NCBI GenBank assembly: GCA_018814445.1
Contig: JAHIZV010000237.1
Span: forward strand, 49,729 to 113,728
Origin: Verrucomicrobiota bacterium
GTDB lineage: Bacteria; Verrucomicrobiota; Kiritimatiellia; JAHIZV01
Reading direction: 5' to 3'
DNA length: 64,000 nucleotides
Part shown: positions 26,000 through 36,949 of the stretch, one piece after another
Numbering within the stretch: position 1 is the first letter of the stretch
How the letters are laid out: each line of letters starts with the position of its first letter
Translations under genes and position numbers: made by a program
The notes under the pieces: generated by a model
Told to the model about the DNA's origin: nothing
Databases searched by the model: none
Seen by the model: only the letters and a program-made list of their open reading frames with translations

Positions 26000-27568
26000 T
26001 CAGTGCTCAACGCTGGAGTAAAGCTCTTCACCCGTTTCCGCATTGATGATGCTGAAATCCTCCTGGTGCATCCCCGGCTCCGAAACGAACGTGAGTTGAC
26101 CGCCGAATTTCCGTTCGATCTCGATCAACATCTGCTCGTCCTCGCTCCGCAGTCGATCGAGAACAGTCGGATTGATCGTGATCTTCAGCGAAATCTTCGC
26201 TTTGTCTCTCCGGTTTCTCCTGAAGACCTCGCCGATGCGGCGATGAATCTCGATGCTCATACTTTCGACGGACTTGATCTTTCCCCTGCCCTTGCAGTGC
26301 GGACAGTCGGAATATGCCGTATCACGAATGCTGACATCAGCCCGCTGACGAGTCATCTCAAGCAGACCCAGATCACTGATCGGAAGAATATTCGTACGCG
26401 CCCGGTCCCGGCGTAAAGCATCTCGTATTGCCCGATACACCTGTGTCTGATGGCGTTTGTGCTTCATGTCGATGAAGTCCACGACGATGAGTCCGCCAAC
26501 ATTCCGCAACCTGAGTTGACGACCTATCTCCGCCGCCGCCTCCATGTTCACTTCAAGAATGGATTCCTCCTGCGTCTTACCCCCTTTGTGCCGCCCTGTA
26601 TTGATGTCAATGGCCACCAAAGCTTCCGTTTCGTCGAAGACAAGATATCCACCCGACTTCAGCCAGATCTTCCGGCGGAAGACGCTCTCCAACTGGCGCT
26701 CGACGTCAAAGTGGTCGAAAACGGCCGCTTCGCCGTCATACAGTTTCACTTTCCCCTTCGCGCGGCGGGAAGTTTTCGAAACGAGGCCCTTGATCTGCTC
26801 GTATCTCTCCCGTGAATCCAAGACGATACGGTCGACGTCTTCGGTAAGAGAATCCCGCACGACGCGCTCAACCAGGTCCGGCTCTTTGTAGAGCCGACAC
26901 GGAGCGGGCATCTCTTTGATGCCCCTCTCGATATCCGCCCATGTTTCCAGAAGCGCGCGCATATCCCGGGCAAAGCTCGTTTTCCGCGCGCCCGATCCCG
27001 CAGTCCTGATAATGAATCCGTTATCCTTCGGCACAGGCAGACGCCCCAGGATTGTCTTCAGACGCTGGCGTTCTTTCGCATCACCTATCTTGCGTGAAAC
27101 GCCTTTTAAACCACTTCCGGGCATCATCACCAAATACCTTCCCGGAATGCTCAAGTTGGCGGTCACCCTGGGTCCCTTGGTTCCTATAGCCCCTTTTGTC
27201 ACCTGGACAACAATTTCGGAACCTACCGGAAATTTCTTGATCATTTCGCCCGGCGGATACTTCTTGCGCCGTCCTGAACGGGCTGTCTTGACTCCTTCTT
27301 CCGCTTCAAGCCGGACGGTATCTTCCGGGATCATGTCCCAGTAGTGAATGAACGCGTTCTTCTTCTGCCCGATGTCGACAAATGCCGCCTGCAGTCCATC
27401 TTCCAGGTTCTGGATCTTGCCTTTGAAGACACTGCCGACGATTTGCACCTCGCCGGTCCTTTCGATAAAGAAATCGTCCAGTTTGCCGTCATCAAGCACG
27501 GCAACCCGCGTTTCAAGCGGCTCCATGTTGATGATGATTTCTTTCTTATTTTCCTGTCGTGATGACAT
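26000..27568 (-). CDS. rng: Ribonuclease E/G family protein (RNase G-like, no long C-terminal scaffold)
   Basis: S1-domain region KEIIINMEPLETRVAVLDDG...VFKGKIQNLEDGLQAAFVDIGQKKNAFIHY. Start chosen at the ATG preceded by a GGGAG RBS. Confidence 0.8.
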   Translation of the reverse strand: MSSRQENKKEIIINMEPLETRVAVLDDGKLDDFFIERTGEVQIVGSVFKGKIQNLEDGLQAAFVDIGQKKNAFIHYWDMIPEDTVRLEAEEGVKTARSGRRKKYPPGEMIKKFPVGSEIVVQVTKGAIGTKGPRVTANLSIPGRYLVMMPGSGLKGVSRKIGDAKERQRLKTILGRLPVPKDNGFIIRTAGSGARKTSFARDMRALLETWADIERGIKEMPAPCRLYKEPDLVERVVRDSLTEDVDRIVLDSRERYEQIKGLVSKTSRRAKGKVKLYDGEAAVFDHFDVERQLESVFRRKIWLKSGGYLVFDETEALVAIDINTGRHKGGKTQEESILEVNMEAAAEIGRQLRLRNVGGLIVVDFIDMKHKRHQTQVYRAIRDALRRDRARTNILPISDLGLLEMTRQRADVSIRDTAYSDCPHCKGRGKIKSVESMSIEIHRRIGEVFRRNRRDKAKISLKITINPTVLDRLRSEDEQMLIEIERKFGGQLTFVSEPGMHQEDFSIINAETGEELYSSVEH

Positions 27569-27601
27569 TTTTAATCGCTCCCACATATATCACTCTCCAT
27601 A

Positions 27602-28714
27602 TCAACGTCGATATCTCTGCACATAAACACTCTGCACAAGACCCAGAGAGATCATTGTGCATACCATGAACGAACCGCCGTAACTGATCAGAGGAAGAGG
27701 AAGCCCAGTAATGGGCATCAGACCTACAGTCATGGCGATGTTAACGAAAACGTGCGCGAACAGCATGGTCATGACACCTACCACGACCAAGCGACCGAAC
27801 TTATCGCGCGCGACCAAACTGGTTCGGAGCCCCGCCGCCAGAACGGCGGCGTAGAGAGCCAGGATCAGCGCAGATCCGAGAAACCCCGTCTCCTCCGCTA
27901 TTACGGAGAATATGAAGTCTGTCGGCGCCACCGTTCTCGGCAGAAACCCCAGAACATTCTGTGTTCCTTTGAGATAACCCTTGCCGAGCAACCCGCCCGA
28001 ACCCACTGCAATTTCCGATTGGATCTTGTTCCAGCCGGCCCCAAGTGGATCACGGCCGGGATCGAAAAAGACAAGTATCCGTTCCTGCTGATAGCCTCCA
28101 AGCCCCAGCCATCCAACCGGCAGCAGAAATATCCCTATCACCACAAGCAAGCCTATCGCCCTTGCCGGAACACCCGCGACATAGGCCATGACCAATGTGA
28201 CCGGCAGCAGCATGGCGGCAGTTCCCAGATCCGGCTCCTTCAGGATCAGCAGGAAGGGAACGGCAGCGATCAGCAGAGCGACAAACATGGTCCTGGCTTC
28301 ACGGAGATTTCTCCCGGGACGGCTGAGGTGCCTTGCCAGAACCAGGATCGTGGCGATCTTCGCGAACTCCGAGGGCTGAACGCGTATACCGAACAGATCC
28401 AGCCACCTGCGCGCGCCGTAGACAACCTTTCCACTCACAAGGACAACGATCAGGAGCACCAGCGCGGAGGCGTAGAGAGCCCAGGCCAGCTCCTTCCCCT
28501 TATTGTAATCTATCACGGCCAGACCAAAGAAGCACAGAATACCAACGACCGCCCACACTATCTGCTTCTTGTAGAAGGAACTGACCGGAACTGCATCGCT
28601 TCTGTAGCATGCGCTGTAGATAAAGAGCACACCCAGAACGAGAAGAAACAGAACCGCGAGTGCAAGCATCCAGTCCGCCCTGCGAATCTTTCGATATATG
28701 CTCGTCCAGTCCAT
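27602..28714 (-). CDS. rodA: Rod shape-determining SEDS-family protein RodA
   Basis: Multi-TM FtsW/RodA family (…LFIYSACY…, …PSEFAKIATIL…). It lies immediately downstream of the PBP2 gene in a mreBCD-mrdA-rodA arrangement. Confidence 0.85.
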   Translation of the reverse strand: MDWTSIYRKIRRADWMLALAVLFLLVLGVLFIYSACYRSDAVPVSSFYKKQIVWAVVGILCFFGLAVIDYNKGKELAWALYASALVLLIVVLVSGKVVYGARRWLDLFGIRVQPSEFAKIATILVLARHLSRPGRNLREARTMFVALLIAAVPFLLILKEPDLGTAAMLLPVTLVMAYVAGVPARAIGLLVVIGIFLLPVGWLGLGGYQQERILVFFDPGRDPLGAGWNKIQSEIAVGSGGLLGKGYLKGTQNVLGFLPRTVAPTDFIFSVIAEETGFLGSALILALYAAVLAAGLRTSLVARDKFGRLVVVGVMTMLFAHVFVNIAMTVGLMPITGLPLPLISYGGSFMVCTMISLGLVQSVYVQRYRR

Positions 28715-30540
28715 TACCCTTCGCCTTTCCCCTCTGCAGGACTGAAAAGTTGTGTGAGCAGCTTCTTCAGCTTCGGCCCTACCGTACTGCCTCCGCTGTC
28801 AGCGTTTTCGACCACCATGGCGATAGCATATTGAGGTTTCTCGAAAGGTGCATAGGCGATCATCCATCCTCGGTACTTCCTCTCATCTTTCCTTCCGTAT
28901 TCGGCGGTTCCCGTTTTTCCGGCGAAAACGAGACCCGGCACCGCTGCCGCCCGGCCCGTTCCGTGATCGGACATGATCACGTCTTTAAGACCGTTGCGAA
29001 CGGTGCTGAGCCGCTCGACCGACCACTTCAAATCGTTGACCTTCTGAGGCGGAAAAGCGCGGAACTTCTCCTCTTCAGCAGCTTTGAGCCCCATGATCAG
29101 GCGCGGCTTGTAGACTATGCCGCCGTTCGCGAGGGCCGAGGTCACAACAGCCATCTGCAGGGGAGTGACCGTGAGCGCGCCCTGACCGATTGACAGATTC
29201 ACAGTGTCACCAGCGCTCCAACCATGTCCGTACATGCGCCTCATCCAACCCTCATCCGGAAGTAAACCCGGTACCTCATAGTCGATGTCTATTCCGGTTT
29301 TCTCCCCGAGGCCCAGCGCGGCCGCCATATGGGAGACCGCATCATGTCCGCAAGCAAGGCCTAGGTGGTAGAAGTAGACATTGCAGGAACGCGCGATGGC
29401 CTCGCGCATGGCAATATTTCCGTGCGCCCGTCCATGTGCGCAGCGGAATACCACGTTGCCAAGCGTCATGCGGCCGTTGCATTCATAGTGTGTATTACCG
29501 GAAACCTTACCGTTCTCCAGAGCAGCCATCGCCACAACCGGCTTGAACGTACTGCCGGGCGGATACGCGCCCGCAACCGCGCGGTTCAGCAACGGCTTAT
29601 TTGCATCACCGACCAACTGCCTCCATTTTGACGACGATATATAGGGGACAAACTCGTTCGGGTTGAACCCGGGAGTGCTGGCGATAGCCAGCACGTCTCC
29701 ATTGTTCGGATCCATGACCACGACCGCGCCCGGATCATCTCCGAGCGCCTCCTCAGCGAGAGTCTGAACCTTTACGTCCAGGGTCAGCCAGATGTCGTCG
29801 CCCGCCCTTGGCTCGCGGGTGAGTTTCTCCAGTTCCGCATCATGGTGCCTGTAGCCGGTCACATCAACTCGCATGAGCTGTCCTCCGGCCTCTCCCCGCA
29901 GGAGCGCATCAAAGCGCCTCTCAATGCCACTCTTGCCGGCCATCTCGGGAAGGTAGTAGTGGTAGCTTCCCTCATCGGGCGCAATGGTCGCGCGCCCCAC
30001 GTAGCCCAGTGTATGGCAAGCCGTGCTGCCTCTTGGGTATATCCGTACGGCTTCCGTATAGATATCGACCCCCGGCGTGTTGGACGCCAACTCCGCCCAC
30101 TTAGCCAATGTCTGCTGGTCAATATCCTTCCATGCAAGCAGCGGCAGAGGAAGGCGACGTTTGATGTGGGCTTCAATCTCACTCCGCGTCAACTGAGGCG
30201 GAATGCCCAATTTATCCGAGAGATCAGCGACCATTCCTTCTATCCTCTCTACCGTCTTAGCCCAGGTGCCCGGCTGTCGCAGTTCTTCCAGGTAGATGGC
30301 TATGCAATGACTCGGCCTGTTGGCGGCAAGCTGTTCACCGTTCCTGTCATAGATATGACCACGCAGTCCGGGCAGCCGAACCCGCCTGATGCTTTGCCGC
30401 TCCAGGTTCTGCTGAAATTCATGTCCGCGGGCTACCTGAATCCGCCACAGCATCATGCAGATGAAGGCGAGCGCGCCCACCATCAACGCGAAAGCGATGC
30501 GCAGACGTATGATTTCATCATGGAATACTCGTATGGCCAT
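28714..30540 (-). CDS. mrdA: Penicillin-binding protein 2 (peptidoglycan D,D-transpeptidase MrdA)
   Basis: N-terminal TM helix. Transpeptidase motifs STFK (GSTFKPVV), SCN (RSCNVYF) and KTGT (AGKTGTAEY). Confidence 0.85.
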   Translation of the reverse strand: MAIRVFHDEIIRLRIAFALMVGALAFICMMLWRIQVARGHEFQQNLERQSIRRVRLPGLRGHIYDRNGEQLAANRPSHCIAIYLEELRQPGTWAKTVERIEGMVADLSDKLGIPPQLTRSEIEAHIKRRLPLPLLAWKDIDQQTLAKWAELASNTPGVDIYTEAVRIYPRGSTACHTLGYVGRATIAPDEGSYHYYLPEMAGKSGIERRFDALLRGEAGGQLMRVDVTGYRHHDAELEKLTREPRAGDDIWLTLDVKVQTLAEEALGDDPGAVVVMDPNNGDVLAIASTPGFNPNEFVPYISSSKWRQLVGDANKPLLNRAVAGAYPPGSTFKPVVAMAALENGKVSGNTHYECNGRMTLGNVVFRCAHGRAHGNIAMREAIARSCNVYFYHLGLACGHDAVSHMAAALGLGEKTGIDIDYEVPGLLPDEGWMRRMYGHGWSAGDTVNLSIGQGALTVTPLQMAVVTSALANGGIVYKPRLIMGLKAAEEEKFRAFPPQKVNDLKWSVERLSTVRNGLKDVIMSDHGTGRAAAVPGLVFAGKTGTAEYGRKDERKYRGWMIAYAPFEKPQYAIAMVVENADSGGSTVGPKLKKLLTQLFSPAEGKGEG

Positions 30541-31043
30541 CAGTAGGCATCCGCCTCCATATTGCCGAGAAAGCGGTCCAGATCTTCAACCGCCCTGAAA
30601 ACGAATGGGACCGCAATAGCACCCAGAACCAGCGAGCCGGCACATTTGAGAATGACCCACTGCGGGTAGGGAGTAATGAAACCGGTACTGGAGAGAAGAA
30701 AAGACATCATGAGAGTCGTGATAAGATAGCCAAGAGCACCGAACATCATGTGCGTCACGGCCCTGTACCCGAAGACTATGTCCTTGAATCGATTGGTGGC
30801 CAGACCGGCGATGCAGAAACAGAATGAGCTGTACCCGAGCGGGCTCATCCCGAGGGCATCCTGAAGAACACCCGCGAAGATGGCGGCTCGCAACATCGCA
30901 TTCCGCTCTCTCGTCAGAGCATAGTAGAGGACGATACCGAGGAGAATCGGCGCCTTCGAATCTCCCAGATGGGTCCACGATGGTATCACAGCCTGGAGGA
31001 CAGCGCCGACGATCATCACGAAAACCATGACCAGTCCGTTCAT
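30540..31043 (-). CDS. mreD: Rod shape-determining protein MreD
   Basis: 167-aa polytopic membrane protein between mreC and mrdA, with overlapping start/stop on both sides. Confidence 0.6.
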   Translation of the reverse strand: MNGLVMVFVMIVGAVLQAVIPSWTHLGDSKAPILLGIVLYYALTRERNAMLRAAIFAGVLQDALGMSPLGYSSFCFCIAGLATNRFKDIVFGYRAVTHMMFGALGYLITTLMMSFLLSSTGFITPYPQWVILKCAGSLVLGAIAVPFVFRAVEDLDRFLGNMEADAY

Positions 31044-31951
31044 CGAGCCCCCCCCGCTCCCGGAAGGCCCTTTTTCTTCAGCAGAGAAGCGATCGGATCC
31101 TCTTCCTCCATCACGACAAACGCGTAGGAGAGGGATCCCAGATCCGCCTTAGGAATCACATCCGCGTACTGATAGAGACCTGTGCGTTCCGTGTAGACCT
31201 TCTCAACGTAACCTATCAGCAGGCCCTGCGGGAAAACACCGCCGAGACCGGAACTCACTACTTCATCACCCGGCCTGACCGGCACGTTGACATTTATGAA
31301 ATCCATTCTGCACACGACCTGACCGTTCCAGGACAGCCCCTGCCCTGACACGACACCAAAGGCGCCCGTCCGCGTAATCTTCGCCGACACTTTGCATCCG
31401 GAATCGGAGATAAGAAGAACATCGGACGTTCTTACAGAAGTGTCCACAGTCTTGCCGATGACGCCATCGGTCGTAACGACAGCACGCTGCGGGACGACAC
31501 CGTCAATTGCGCCCTTGTTCAGCCTCACCGTCTGCCACCAACCGGCAATATCGCGGGCAATGATCTCACACGGAATTAACGTTCTCTCACTCTGCTTGAG
31601 AAATTGAAGCTGTTGTCTGAGTTGGAGGTTTTCGTCTTCAAGATAGTCGCGGGCACGGACATCGTTTCTCAGCCGAACCAGATCCGAAGCCATCTCGCGA
31701 TTCTCTTCAACAATGCCGCCAAGCCCTCGGACTACCGTGACGGTTTCCTTGATGTTGCCGGAAATGCCTCCGATCAACCCCTGCAGAGGCGAGAGACCTT
31801 CCCGCACCGCTGCTTTGATCTGGTGGGATACTGAACCGGGGAGGTTCAGGACTATCAGAAGAACAGCGCCCAGGATCACCCAGACTAAAAAACCTTTGTG
31901 TCTCACGTTCCCAAAAAGCTTTCTCAAAAGGCCAGTCGGCCCAGGCCGCAA
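31040..31951 (-). CDS. mreC: Rod shape-determining protein MreC
   Basis: N-terminal TM segment and coiled-coil (LRQQLQFLKQSE), followed by β domains (VVTTDGVIGKTVD...SGLGGVFPQGLLIGYV). Confidence 0.8.
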   Translation of the reverse strand: MRPGPTGLLRKLFGNVRHKGFLVWVILGAVLLIVLNLPGSVSHQIKAAVREGLSPLQGLIGGISGNIKETVTVVRGLGGIVEENREMASDLVRLRNDVRARDYLEDENLQLRQQLQFLKQSERTLIPCEIIARDIAGWWQTVRLNKGAIDGVVPQRAVVTTDGVIGKTVDTSVRTSDVLLISDSGCKVSAKITRTGAFGVVSGQGLSWNGQVVCRMDFINVNVPVRPGDEVVSSGLGGVFPQGLLIGYVEKVYTERTGLYQYADVIPKADLGSLSYAFVVMEEEDPIASLLKKKGLPGAGGAR

Positions 31952-31989
31952 GGGATACGTTTCAGGCGGGGAACAGCGGTATACAGATC

Positions 31990-33084
<1,095 letters not shown>

Positions 33085-33136
33085 CTATACGTCAATATAG
33101 CGTCAAGCGATAAAAAGGATAACGCGCGAGGGTTCC

Positions 33137-33721
33137 ATGCAGGGATTAGACCCGCTTCTATGCCGTCACAGCCAATTGCTTGTTCTAAGGTGTCTGTACC
33201 GCGCCAAGGAATCGCTGACCGGCCGTGAAATAGAACGGAGAACGGGCCTCTCGAACCGGGCTACGATGCTTGCGCTTGAAAGCCTGGTTGAAGCATCAGC
33301 CGTCAACCTCGACATCACTTCAACGGCGCATTGGTACGAGCTCAACCAGAACCACTACTTTGTCGCCAAAGCCCTGAAACCCGCTTTTGAGGCCGAAGAC
33401 CTGTTCTGGGACGACCTGAGGAAGACGGTCAGGAAGATCGTTCATCCACGCCCGCTGGCGGCTGTCGCGACGGGTCCCCTGGCTCGAGACGAAACCGCCT
33501 TTGCGGGACGTGTTGACCTGTCCATGGTGTTTTCGACCGGCAGGGCTCGAATCCGCGCCTTCAAATCAATCGAAGAACTGAAAGAGGGCGTATGGGACCG
33601 CTACGCCATCCAGATCGAGCCCATCCTTCTGGATGTAAATACGATGGACGAGGAGGAATACGACACGCTCTGGCGCCGGGTGGAAAGAGAAGGTATTCTG
33701 CTGTTCGGAACGCTGCCCTAG
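33137..33721 (+). CDS. Hypothetical winged-helix DNA-binding protein with an uncharacterised C-terminal domain
   Basis: N-terminal segment LLVLRCLYRAKESLTGREIERRTGLSNRATMLALESLVEA resembles a MarR/ArsR-type winged helix. It is divergent from mreB. No catalytic motifs recognised. Confidence 0.4.
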   Translation: MQGLDPLLCRHSQLLVLRCLYRAKESLTGREIERRTGLSNRATMLALESLVEASAVNLDITSTAHWYELNQNHYFVAKALKPAFEAEDLFWDDLRKTVRKIVHPRPLAAVATGPLARDETAFAGRVDLSMVFSTGRARIRAFKSIEELKEGVWDRYAIQIEPILLDVNTMDEEEYDTLWRRVEREGILLFGTLP

Positions 33722-33730
33722 CCGCTGCGC

Positions 33731-33832
33731 GGAACATCGAACGCCGAACATGAAACATCGAACTTCAAATCGAAGTCATTGATGTCCATACTTCGATGTT
33801 CGTTGTTCGAAGTTTGATATGTTCGTTGTTTC
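33731..33832. repeat. Imperfect palindromic (AACATCG)n repeat element, copy C
   Basis: Left arm ggaacatcgaacgccgaacatgaaacatcgaacttcaaatcgaagt. Right arm acttcgatgttcgttgttcgaagtttgatatgttcgttgtttc. It ends at the maf start codon. Confidence 0.55.
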
Positions 33833-34414
33833 ATGAAGCTAATCCTCGCATCTCATTCCCTCGCGCGGGCAGCCTTGATGGAGGCTGCGGGCTATCAGTT
33901 CACGCGTATTCCCTCGGACGTCCCCGAACCGCCTTTGCGGGCTGATGAAGATCTGGAGTCGTATGCGGTTCGCCTTGCGGAGTTGAAAGCAAGAGAAGTC
34001 TCCAGGCTTCACCCCGACTCTTTTGTTCTCGGTGCGGATACGATCCTCTACCTGGATCACGAAACGATCGGCAAACCGGCGGATCTTGATGACGCATTTC
34101 AGATCCTGAAGAAACTCGGCGGGAGGACACACGAACTCTCCTCAGGAATCTGCGTCGTGTCACCCGGAGCGGACAACGTTTTCACCGACGCCGACACAGC
34201 ACATGTGACGATGCGGGAATGGAGTGACGACCGAATACGACAACACGTCGAACTGGTGAGACCTCTTCGTTTTGCAGGAGCCTATGCGCTGCAAGGAGAA
34301 GGCGCAGTTATGGTGAAACATCTGGACGGAGACCCCAACACCGTGATCGGCCTTCCGATGGGACTGGTTGAGGACCTGCTGGATAAAGCGGGATACCGGA
34401 TGCCGGATACCTGA
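33833..34414 (+). CDS. maf: Maf-like nucleoside triphosphate pyrophosphatase
   Basis: MKLILASHSLARAALMEAAGYQF... matches the Maf/YhdE N-terminus. 193 aa. Confidence 0.8.
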   Translation: MKLILASHSLARAALMEAAGYQFTRIPSDVPEPPLRADEDLESYAVRLAELKAREVSRLHPDSFVLGADTILYLDHETIGKPADLDDAFQILKKLGGRTHELSSGICVVSPGADNVFTDADTAHVTMREWSDDRIRQHVELVRPLRFAGAYALQGEGAVMVKHLDGDPNTVIGLPMGLVEDLLDKAGYRMPDT

Positions 34415-34582
34415 TACCGGATTCCGGGGGCCGTCTTCGCGAGCTAAGTCCATGGGATTCGGGAGGAATACGGTGAAGGCGAAGCGATCCAACGTGCAAC
34501 GAGGCTGGATTGCTTCACCGTCGATCTGGTGAAAACGTCAGGGCAAACAGTTCACAATGACGCTCGCGGCATCCGGCATCAA

Positions 34583-34598
34583 GCGTCCTGAAGGACGC
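34583..34598. terminator. Perfect 6-bp stem hairpin in a convergent intergenic region (possible terminator)
   Basis: GCGTCC-tgaa-GGACGC, just 3' of fabF (minus strand) and 3' of maf (plus strand). No clear U-tract, so the call is weak. Confidence 0.2.
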
Positions 34599-34601
34599 GC
34601 C

Positions 34602-35852
34602 TCACGCGATGCTCTTGAAACACAAGGTCGCATTGTGCCCGCCGAACCCGAGTGAGTTCGACAAACAGGCGTTCACCTTTGCCTCACGCGCGGTATTCGG
34701 AACATAATCCAGATCGCAGTCCGGGTCAGGATTCTCAAGATTGATGGTCGGAGGAATAATGCCGTTCCTGATGATCAGGGCAGACGCGATCGCTTCAACA
34801 CCGCCGGCCGCACCCAGGAGGTGACCCGTCATCGATTTGGTGGAGCTGATGGCAACCTTGCGCGCGTTGTTTTCGCCCAGCGCGGTCTTGATAGCCAGCG
34901 TTTCACCTTTGTCGTTCAGCTTCGTGCTTGTGCCATGCGCGTTGATATAGTCAATCTCGTCAGCATTAAGTCCGGCATCTTCGTATGCAAGTTTCATTCC
35001 GCGAGCGCCGCCCTCGCCTTCCGAGTCCGGAGCAGTGATATGATATGCGTCACAAGTGCGGCCGTATCCCGCCAGTTCGCAGTAGATATTGGCGCCGCGT
35101 TTCACGGCATGATCGTACTCCTCAACCACGAGAAGCCCCGCCCCCTCACCAATAACAAACCCGTCACGATCCATATCAAAAGGACGTGACGCACGCGTCG
35201 GCTCATCATTACGCGTGCTCAGCGCGCGCATCGCACAGAAGCCGCCCACTCCCAGCTCGTTGATAGCGCCCTCCGTACCTCCCGCAACCATTATGTCGGC
35301 TTCCCCGCGCTCAATCATTCTCAAGGATTCGCCAAGGCAGTGAGTCGCCGAAGCGCATGCTGATGTAATGCAGAAATTGGGACCTTTCAGGCCGTATTCA
35401 ATCGCTATCTGTCCCGCGATGATATTCGTGATCATCTGAGGAATCATGAAGGGCGAGAAACGGGATGGGCCACGACTGTCCAGCGTTCTCATCTGCGAAA
35501 TCAGAATCTGAAGTCCGCCTATCCCCGAGCCGACAAGCACACCGGCGCGCGTCGTATCACACGCGGAGAAATCAATGCCGGAATCATTAACAGCCATCTT
35601 GGCCGCAGCCAGGCCGTAGAGGCTGAAGGGATCCATCCGGCGGGCTTCTTTCTTCTCTACGAAATCCTCGGGATTGAACTCGATTACCTCGCCGGCGATC
35701 TGAGATGTGTAATCCGAAACATTAAAGGTCTGAATGTTCCGGATGCCTGATGTCCCCGCAACCAGACGCCCCCAGAAATCGTCAAGCTTGCACCCCAGCG
35801 GGGACACGACACCCATTCCCGTAATGACTACCCTACGCCGGTTCATGGTCAC
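34602..35852 (-). CDS. fabF: 3-oxoacyl-ACP synthase II (KAS II)
   Basis: RRVVITGMGVVSPLG and a thiolase-fold β-ketoacyl synthase throughout. 416 aa. Adjacent to acpP. Confidence 0.9.
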   Translation of the reverse strand: MTMNRRRVVITGMGVVSPLGCKLDDFWGRLVAGTSGIRNIQTFNVSDYTSQIAGEVIEFNPEDFVEKKEARRMDPFSLYGLAAAKMAVNDSGIDFSACDTTRAGVLVGSGIGGLQILISQMRTLDSRGPSRFSPFMIPQMITNIIAGQIAIEYGLKGPNFCITSACASATHCLGESLRMIERGEADIMVAGGTEGAINELGVGGFCAMRALSTRNDEPTRASRPFDMDRDGFVIGEGAGLLVVEEYDHAVKRGANIYCELAGYGRTCDAYHITAPDSEGEGGARGMKLAYEDAGLNADEIDYINAHGTSTKLNDKGETLAIKTALGENNARKVAISSTKSMTGHLLGAAGGVEAIASALIIRNGIIPPTINLENPDPDCDLDYVPNTAREAKVNACLSNSLGFGGHNATLCFKSIA

Positions 35853-35925
35853 ACCCTTATATACACCAACGGCAAACGGCCGGAGAAGGCGACGATGCCC
35901 TCTCCGGCCTCTAAGACCGGAACGG

Positions 35926-36165
35926 TTATTCCCCGAAGCCCTTTTCTTTCAGGTACTCGGTCACCGCACCAACCGTCGTCAGCTTCTCGGCGTCCTCGTC
36001 AGGAATCTCAGCCCCGAATTCCTCTTCGAAGGCCATGACCAATTCGACCGTATCCAGAGAGTCAGCGCCAAGATCCTCGATGAAAGAGGCCTCGGACGTT
36101 ACCTGCTCCGCATTCACACCAAGCTGTTCGACGATGATATCTTTTACTTTATCTTCAAGCGCCAT
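35926..36165 (-). CDS. acpP: Acyl carrier protein
   Basis: 79 aa with the DSLD phosphopantetheine-attachment motif ([19 protein letters not shown]). Confidence 0.9.
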   Translation of the reverse strand: MALEDKVKDIIVEQLGVNAEQVTSEASFIEDLGADSLDTVELVMAFEEEFGAEIPDEDAEKLTTVGAVTEYLKEKGFGE

Positions 36166-36194
36166 CGGATTCCCTCCTTATTACGCGCGTTCAC

Positions 36195-36938
36195 TCAGGT
36201 TACCATTCCGCCGCAAACCGTCAGAACCTGACCGGTTACATAGGAAGCTTCTTCACTTGCCAAAAACGCCACGACGTTCGCGACGTCCTCGACCACACCA
36301 AATTTCTTAAGCGGGATCGCTTCCAGCATCTTCTGCCGGACCTCTTCCGGAAGCTGCTGAGTCATCGCCGTGTCGATAAAGCCGGGAGCAACAGCATTCG
36401 CCCGAATGTTCCTTCCCGCGAGCTCTTTGGCGACCGTCTTCGTGAAAGCGATCAACCCGCCCTTTGAAGCTGCATAGTTCGCCTGCCCCGGATTCCCGAT
36501 AAGACCGATTATGGAGGCCACGTTGACGATCGCGCCCGCACGCTGTTTCATCATGATCCTGCCTACGGCTTTTGTGAAAAGGAAAGAGCCCTTCAGATTG
36601 ACGTTCAGGACCGCATCCCAATCATCCTCTGACATGCGCGCGAGCAAACCGTCTTTTGTGATGCCCGCATTGTTAACCAGCACGTCAATACGCCCCAGAT
36701 CCTTATTGATTTGCTCCACCGTTGACTGGACAGCCTGTCCGTTGCTTACGTCGACAGAGTAGCATTCGGCCTTACGACCCAACTCCGCAACTTTTCCGGC
36801 TGTTTCCTCTAACCACTCCTTCTGCAGGTCACAGAGAGCCAGATCCGCGCCTCCCCGGGCGAACCTGATGGCAATCGCCTGTCCTATTCCGCGGGCAGCG
36901 CCGGTCACAAGTGCAATTTTACCTTCGAATTGAGCCAT
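36195..36938 (-). CDS. fabG: 3-oxoacyl-ACP reductase (SDR family)
   Basis: [18 protein letters not shown] Rossmann motif. SDR catalytic YxxxK region. 247 aa within the fab cluster. Confidence 0.85.
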   Translation of the reverse strand: MAQFEGKIALVTGAARGIGQAIAIRFARGGADLALCDLQKEWLEETAGKVAELGRKAECYSVDVSNGQAVQSTVEQINKDLGRIDVLVNNAGITKDGLLARMSEDDWDAVLNVNLKGSFLFTKAVGRIMMKQRAGAIVNVASIIGLIGNPGQANYAASKGGLIAFTKTVAKELAGRNIRANAVAPGFIDTAMTQQLPEEVRQKMLEAIPLKKFGVVEDVANVVAFLASEEASYVTGQVLTVCGGMVT

Positions 36939-36949
36939 GCTGATTTCCC

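Noticed and set aside
25953-26012. 7-bp inverted repeat TGAGCAC...GTGCTCA between the EEP gene and rng
   Set aside because: The arms are separated by about 45 nt and partly overlap coding ends. The signal is too weak to call a terminator.
34415-34601. Possible small gene or ncRNA in the 187-bp convergent spacer between maf and fabF
   Set aside because: The only ORF is about 27 codons without an RBS. No tRNA-like or conserved ncRNA structure is recognisable. Only a short hairpin was noted as a weak terminator candidate.
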